Shown here: positions 59,742-64,000 of the stretch, in pieces
How the letters are laid out: every line of letters starts with the position of its first letter
Position numbering within the stretch: position 1 is the stretch's first letter
Origin: Eledone cirrhosa
Taxonomy: Eukaryota
Length of the DNA: 64,000 nucleotides
Direction of reading: 5' to 3'
Assembly (NCBI GenBank): GCA_964016885.1
Contig: OZ024741.1
Location: 161,634,001-161,698,000, forward strand
The notes under the pieces: model-generated
Seen by the model: only the letters and a program-made list of their open reading frames with translations
What the model was told of the DNA's origin: nothing
Databases searched by the model: none
Position numbers and translations under genes: made by a program

Positions 59742-61298
59742 CCGTATATACTCGCGCATAGGTCGCACGTTTGTAACACTAAATAAGTATAAATTTTTGG
59801 GGTGCGACCTATCGGATCGACATCCGACTGACCAATGATTTTTCATAGACTTAATCAACAATGGGCATTACTGAAGCCACAAAGTTTGCTAGTTTGGGAT
59901 ATGTTTCGATCTCACTGCTGTGAGTCTGTAAAGGCTAAGCTGAAGGATTGTAAAACAAGACAAGCAGTGATTCCTGGTGGTTGCACCTCAGTCTTACAAC
60001 CCCTTGATGTGGCAGTAAATAAGCCCTTCAAGACTTATATCCGTAAACTCTGGACTTCTTGCATGATATCAGGTGAAAAAGAAATTACCAAAGGTGGATC
60101 ATTGAAAAGACCTGGCTTGAGATTAGTAGTGGAGTGGGTGAAGGAGGCTTGGGAAAGTATCCCTGAAGAGCTAATAATGAAGGCTTTCAAAAAATGTGGC
60201 ATATCAAATGCAATGGACGGGACTGAAGATGATGTGTTATATAAGGATTTAGTTGGTGAAAAGACGGAAAATGCAGAGAGTGGTGAGGGAGATGATATTG
60301 AAGAATGTGAAGATGAATTGAATGACTATTATAACGAATGCACAGTTACAGATGAAGAAATGAAAAAACTATTAATTAACAGGTGTAAAAGTAATAACTT
60401 TATGGATAAACACAAAAATTTAAACTTTATCTGCCTTACCTGTTAGATTTGTTGCAAAAAAATTCAATAATAACCTAGATGTTGACTTCCATCAATTCTA
60501 GTAGTTTTCCGAACAGGTGAATTAATTAAAAATGCAAATATAATCAGTACAAGGTTTTAGTCTTTCTCTATATTCCAAGCAAATATTTTCATTGAAAAAA
60601 ATGTATAAATCCTTTTCACCAGTCAAAATAATATTTGCAATGTACTCTTACACAATGTACAGTGTAAATTTACGTAACAGAATGTTTCCAATATATAAGT
60701 TCATTAACAGGTGTGAACATGTATTGGTGTTGTATCTTTCAACGACGTTGCTGTAATATTTTCAATGGTGTCCGTCAGATCTTCGTTTTCACTTTTAAAG
60801 TAACTATCATCGTCAGAAATAAATACGTCTGATTCATTTGAAGATAAATCACTAATATTATCTTGTGTTTCTTTTTCATTTCGAATGTCGTCGCATGTAA
60901 AACCTTCAAAGTCGGTATTCGCTACTTTGGGAAGCCATGTTGATACGCTAAAAATCTGTTATACTTTCAACGTTAAAAAACACGTGTTATTTCAAGTTGT
61001 TTCACTATATTAAGAGTTAATTTTCGCGCTTAAAGGCTTTATCTCGCAGTAATCTCGAATTGAAGAAATTTCAATGACGTTAATGTTTATTTTATAAATA
61101 AAACATGGTTTGGAGTATATATCGCAACGGTGAAGTAATGGAAAGCTAACAGATTATTAGTTTCAATTATCATAAAAAATACTAGTTTGATGGCCCAAAT
61201 TTCAGTGCGACCTATCTGCGAGTCAATGGCAAATTTGTTAAATGAAAAGTGGGTGTGCGACCTATCTGCTGGGGCGACCTATACGCGAGTATATACGG
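59742..61298 (+). mobile_element. pogo/Tigger-type DNA transposon, internally deleted, TA TSD
   Basis: TIR CCGTATATACTCGCG(C/T)ATAGGTCGC at both ends; subterminal TGCGACCTATC repeats; the empty site ATTAGCTACATCACCTAA is present at ~57695. Confidence 0.93.
59835..60446 (+). pseudogene. pogo-family transposase C-terminal half (DDE_1 plus acidic tail)
   Basis: LLVWDMFRSH...IPGGCTSVLQPLDVAVNKPFK...W..EAWESI....I.KAFKKCGIS. Confidence 0.9.
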
Positions 61299-61551
61299 TA
61301 CATCACCTAAACAGGGGGAACCTGATGCTGGTCCATAGGAGTGCTAGAAATAGCAGCTACATTATCTAACAGGGGCAATCTCATGGTGGTCCATAGAATT
61401 GCTAGAAATAGCAGATAAATAGGGGGAACCTCATGGTTGTCCATAGGTGTGCTAGAAATAGCAGAAAAACAGGGGAACCTCATGGTGGTCCATATGTGTG
61501 TTACAAATAGCAGCTAAATAAGGGGATCCTCATGGTGGTCTATAGGTGTAT

Positions 61552-61687
61552 CCCTGGGGCTAAACAACATCAGTTCTGTGTCTAAAGAATATAAGTCCTG
61601 GGGTTAAACTACATCTGTCCTGGGGCTAAACACCATTAGTCCTGAGGCTGAACATCAGTCCTGGGGCTAAACAACATTAGTCCTGGG
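61552..61687 (+). repeat. ~22-bp minisatellite
   Basis: GTCCTGGGGCTAAACAACATCA, about six degenerate copies. Confidence 0.8.
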
Positions 61688-62117
61688 ATGGTGGATTGGT
61701 AGTATCAGTAGAACGTCATACACCATGCTTTACAGACCCCGCTGGAGAAAGGTGCGATACATGGCCAACTCTGGCCAGACTCGCCTCCTGGCATGGACGA
61801 CCTGTGTAACCCATCCAAGCATGGCAAAATTGACGTTAAACAGAAATGATGATGATGATAATATATATATATATAAAATAAATAAATAAATAACAATATT
61901 ATATATATATTTCACAATGGTGCCACCCAGTTCCACACACACTGATCTGGCTGGATCCCCAAGCGTGACCAGCCATCATCTACACAAATACACACACACA
62001 TATGTGCATGTGTGTCTATATTTGTTTATGTCCTGTAACTTAATGGTTAAACAAAGAGTACAATAAGAACCAGATTTGAAAAAAATAAAGACTGAGATCG
62101 ATATAAAATAATAAAAA

Positions 62118-63342
62118 ATAATAATAATAATGAAATTATTGTGTACAGTGCTCAGGTGCACTGCAACTCATCAAAGGTGCGTGTATAGTACATAGAATAA
62201 TGTACAAATGTCAGGAAAATAAACAGTGTATGAGTCATGATATAATAACAATAACAATAATGAAATATTGTGTACAGTGCCCAGGTGCACCACAACTCAT
62301 CAAAAAAGTGCATGTACAGTACATAGGGCAATGCACAAACATCAGTAAAATGAACAGTGCACGAGTCATGATACACACATGTGTGCATGTGTATGGAAGG
62401 GGCACATCAGGTGTAGTTTTGGCGTATTTCAGGAAGCATGAGTGTCTTAAAGGATGCAGTGTCTCGGCAGCTAACAATTGACGCAGGCAGTTTGTTCCAT
62501 GCTTCAGCAACTCTGAGCGTGAAAAAATGTCTGCGAAAGTCATGGGAGCTGTGCTGTTTTCTTATTTTGTAGGCATGTCCACGTGTGTTAGACACATGGA
62601 GATCAAAGAGGCGCTCAGGGTTGCAGTTGGCAAGATGGTTAAAAACTTTGTGGGTATTCACCAAGTCCATTGCCAGACGTCGGAGCTTCAATGAATCCAT
62701 GCCCAGGGAAGCAAGGCGTTCAGAGTATGGTAGGTGTCTGATGGAGGGTATGCGCTTGGTTGCACGTCTCTGAACAGTTTCCAGGAGGTCAATGTTCCGA
62801 GCAAGATAGGGGTTCCAGACTGATGATGCGAATTCCAAGTGTGGTCGCACCATAGCTGTATACAGTTTTAAATAGATGGCTGGAGAGCGGCTAACAAAGG
62901 TCTTGCTGAGTGATGCCAAGACACCCTCGGCCTTCTTGACAATCTTAGAGACATGCTCTGTCCAACGCAAATCGTTGCTGACAGTAATGCCCAGGTCACG
63001 TTCACAAGAGGACTTTTTGATGTCAGTGTTGTGGAGGGAGTATGTGGACGCTGGATTTTTCCTTCCAAAATGCATGGTGGTACACTTGTCCACAGCCAGC
63101 TTCAGTTGCCAGTCTGTGATCCATTGCTGCATTGTGTCCAGGTCTGATTGTAGGAAAGAGTTGTAAATTTCAGGATCAGTCCTTTTGATTTCAAGGTACA
63201 GCTTGATGTCATCTGCATATTTTAGTACCGTGGCATTCTGTAAGTTGGCATCTATGTCATTAATATATGCCACAAACAAAAGAGGACCAAGAACAGATCC
63301 CTGTGGTACACCAGATGACATCTCATATGGTGAAGAATGCTG
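62118..63342 (-). mobile_element. 5'-truncated CR1 (family of 49175-53549) with tandemly duplicated 3' UTR
   Basis: ORF 62407..63321 (GVPQGS, YADD); the terminal motif GTGCACCTG.GCACTGTACACAATA.TTTCATTATT occurs twice (62120-62240, 62255-62400). Confidence 0.93.
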
Positions 63343-64000
63343 AGTGGCTAAATCCCTTCACTGTAGTGTCCTAGTATGACTGCAGTTTAATTGACTGAAA
63401 CCAGTATAAGAAGAATAAAAGAATGTAAAATAAACTACTTACTGCTGAAAACATGAAGAGTTTTGTCTTTAAATTTGAGGTTTTGTCCATTTTTTTCTGC
63501 ATGTTGCTCAACATTCTTTTCAATAGCGGACCTGAAATTAAGATTCGAAATACTATAAATCAAGTAACTAATCTAACCATAAGTTGGTTAAACAATCAAA
63601 GATATAAAATAGAATAAGTTGGACAATGATGATGATGATGATGATGATGATAATGATGTTGTGTCTGTGTGTGCATGTGTGTAGTTCAAGATTAAGAAAG
63701 ACAAACACAGAGATACAATTACACAAAGTCTTATTTAGATTCATGCTTGTTGGAAAAAGGGAAAATTGGTGTCTTAACCTTTTAGCATTTAAACTGGCTA
63801 TATCTGGCCAGAATTCTCTCACCTCTTTCTGTTTAAACCGGTCGTAACCAGCTGTTGATAGTGATGTTAAGTGATAATAAGATCTCAAAATAAATAATAT
63901 CAAAATCTCATGGACTCAATATTATGTGAGATAATTATGTGAAATGAAGCCTTTACTGTGAAAATACAATAGTATATATAGAGTAATGTAAATACTAAAA

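Larger units (their letters stand above)
55880..61548 (+). repeat. ~44-bp satellite (with ~52-bp variants) showing a higher-order repeat; interrupted by pogo
   Basis: Unit GGTGGTCCATAGGTGTGCTAGAAATAGCAGCTAAATAGGGGAACCTCAT; diagnostic variants recur 1648 bp apart (56363 and 58011). Confidence 0.95.

Noticed and set aside
55880-61548. CRISPR-like array or sgRNA scaffold match (GCTAGAAATAGCA)
   Set aside because: The intervening sequence is itself repeated (no unique spacers), no cas genes are present and the context is eukaryotic. The sgRNA GAAA loop is an engineered linker, so the 13-nt match is coincidental.

Overview
Eukaryotic, AT-rich, repeat-saturated window with no convincing host protein-coding exon. 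The repeat inventory looks like a coleoid cephalopod (Octopus-like); that is an inference, not a database result. Contents: two decayed Ty3/Gypsy LTR retrotransposons (1-3712 +, 6605-8117 -); a CRE-clade RLE retrotransposon remnant; many RTE-clade fragments with a PHD-type finger inside the RT; one near-intact full-length CR1-group LINE (49175-53549 -) plus 3' fragments; several SINE families; mariner, pogo and TTAA-type MITEs; a ~10.7 kb (TA)n/TATG array ending at a 200-N gap; and a ~44-bp satellite with a higher-order repeat, interrupted by a pogo element. The main unannotated signal is about a dozen minimal type-I hammerhead ribozyme motifs from at least seven unrelated sequence families. 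Most lie in short non-coding islands bounded by (TA)n. Four are arranged as divergent fold-back pairs and two as ~310-320 nt retrozyme-like tandem units. Two -1 frameshift signals are also visible: slippery site plus pseudoknot at Gypsy gag/pol, and G-GGA-AAC-stop at the CR1 ORF1/ORF2 junction. All coordinates and base pairings were read by eye; boundaries may be off by a few nt, or tens of nt for decayed repeats.
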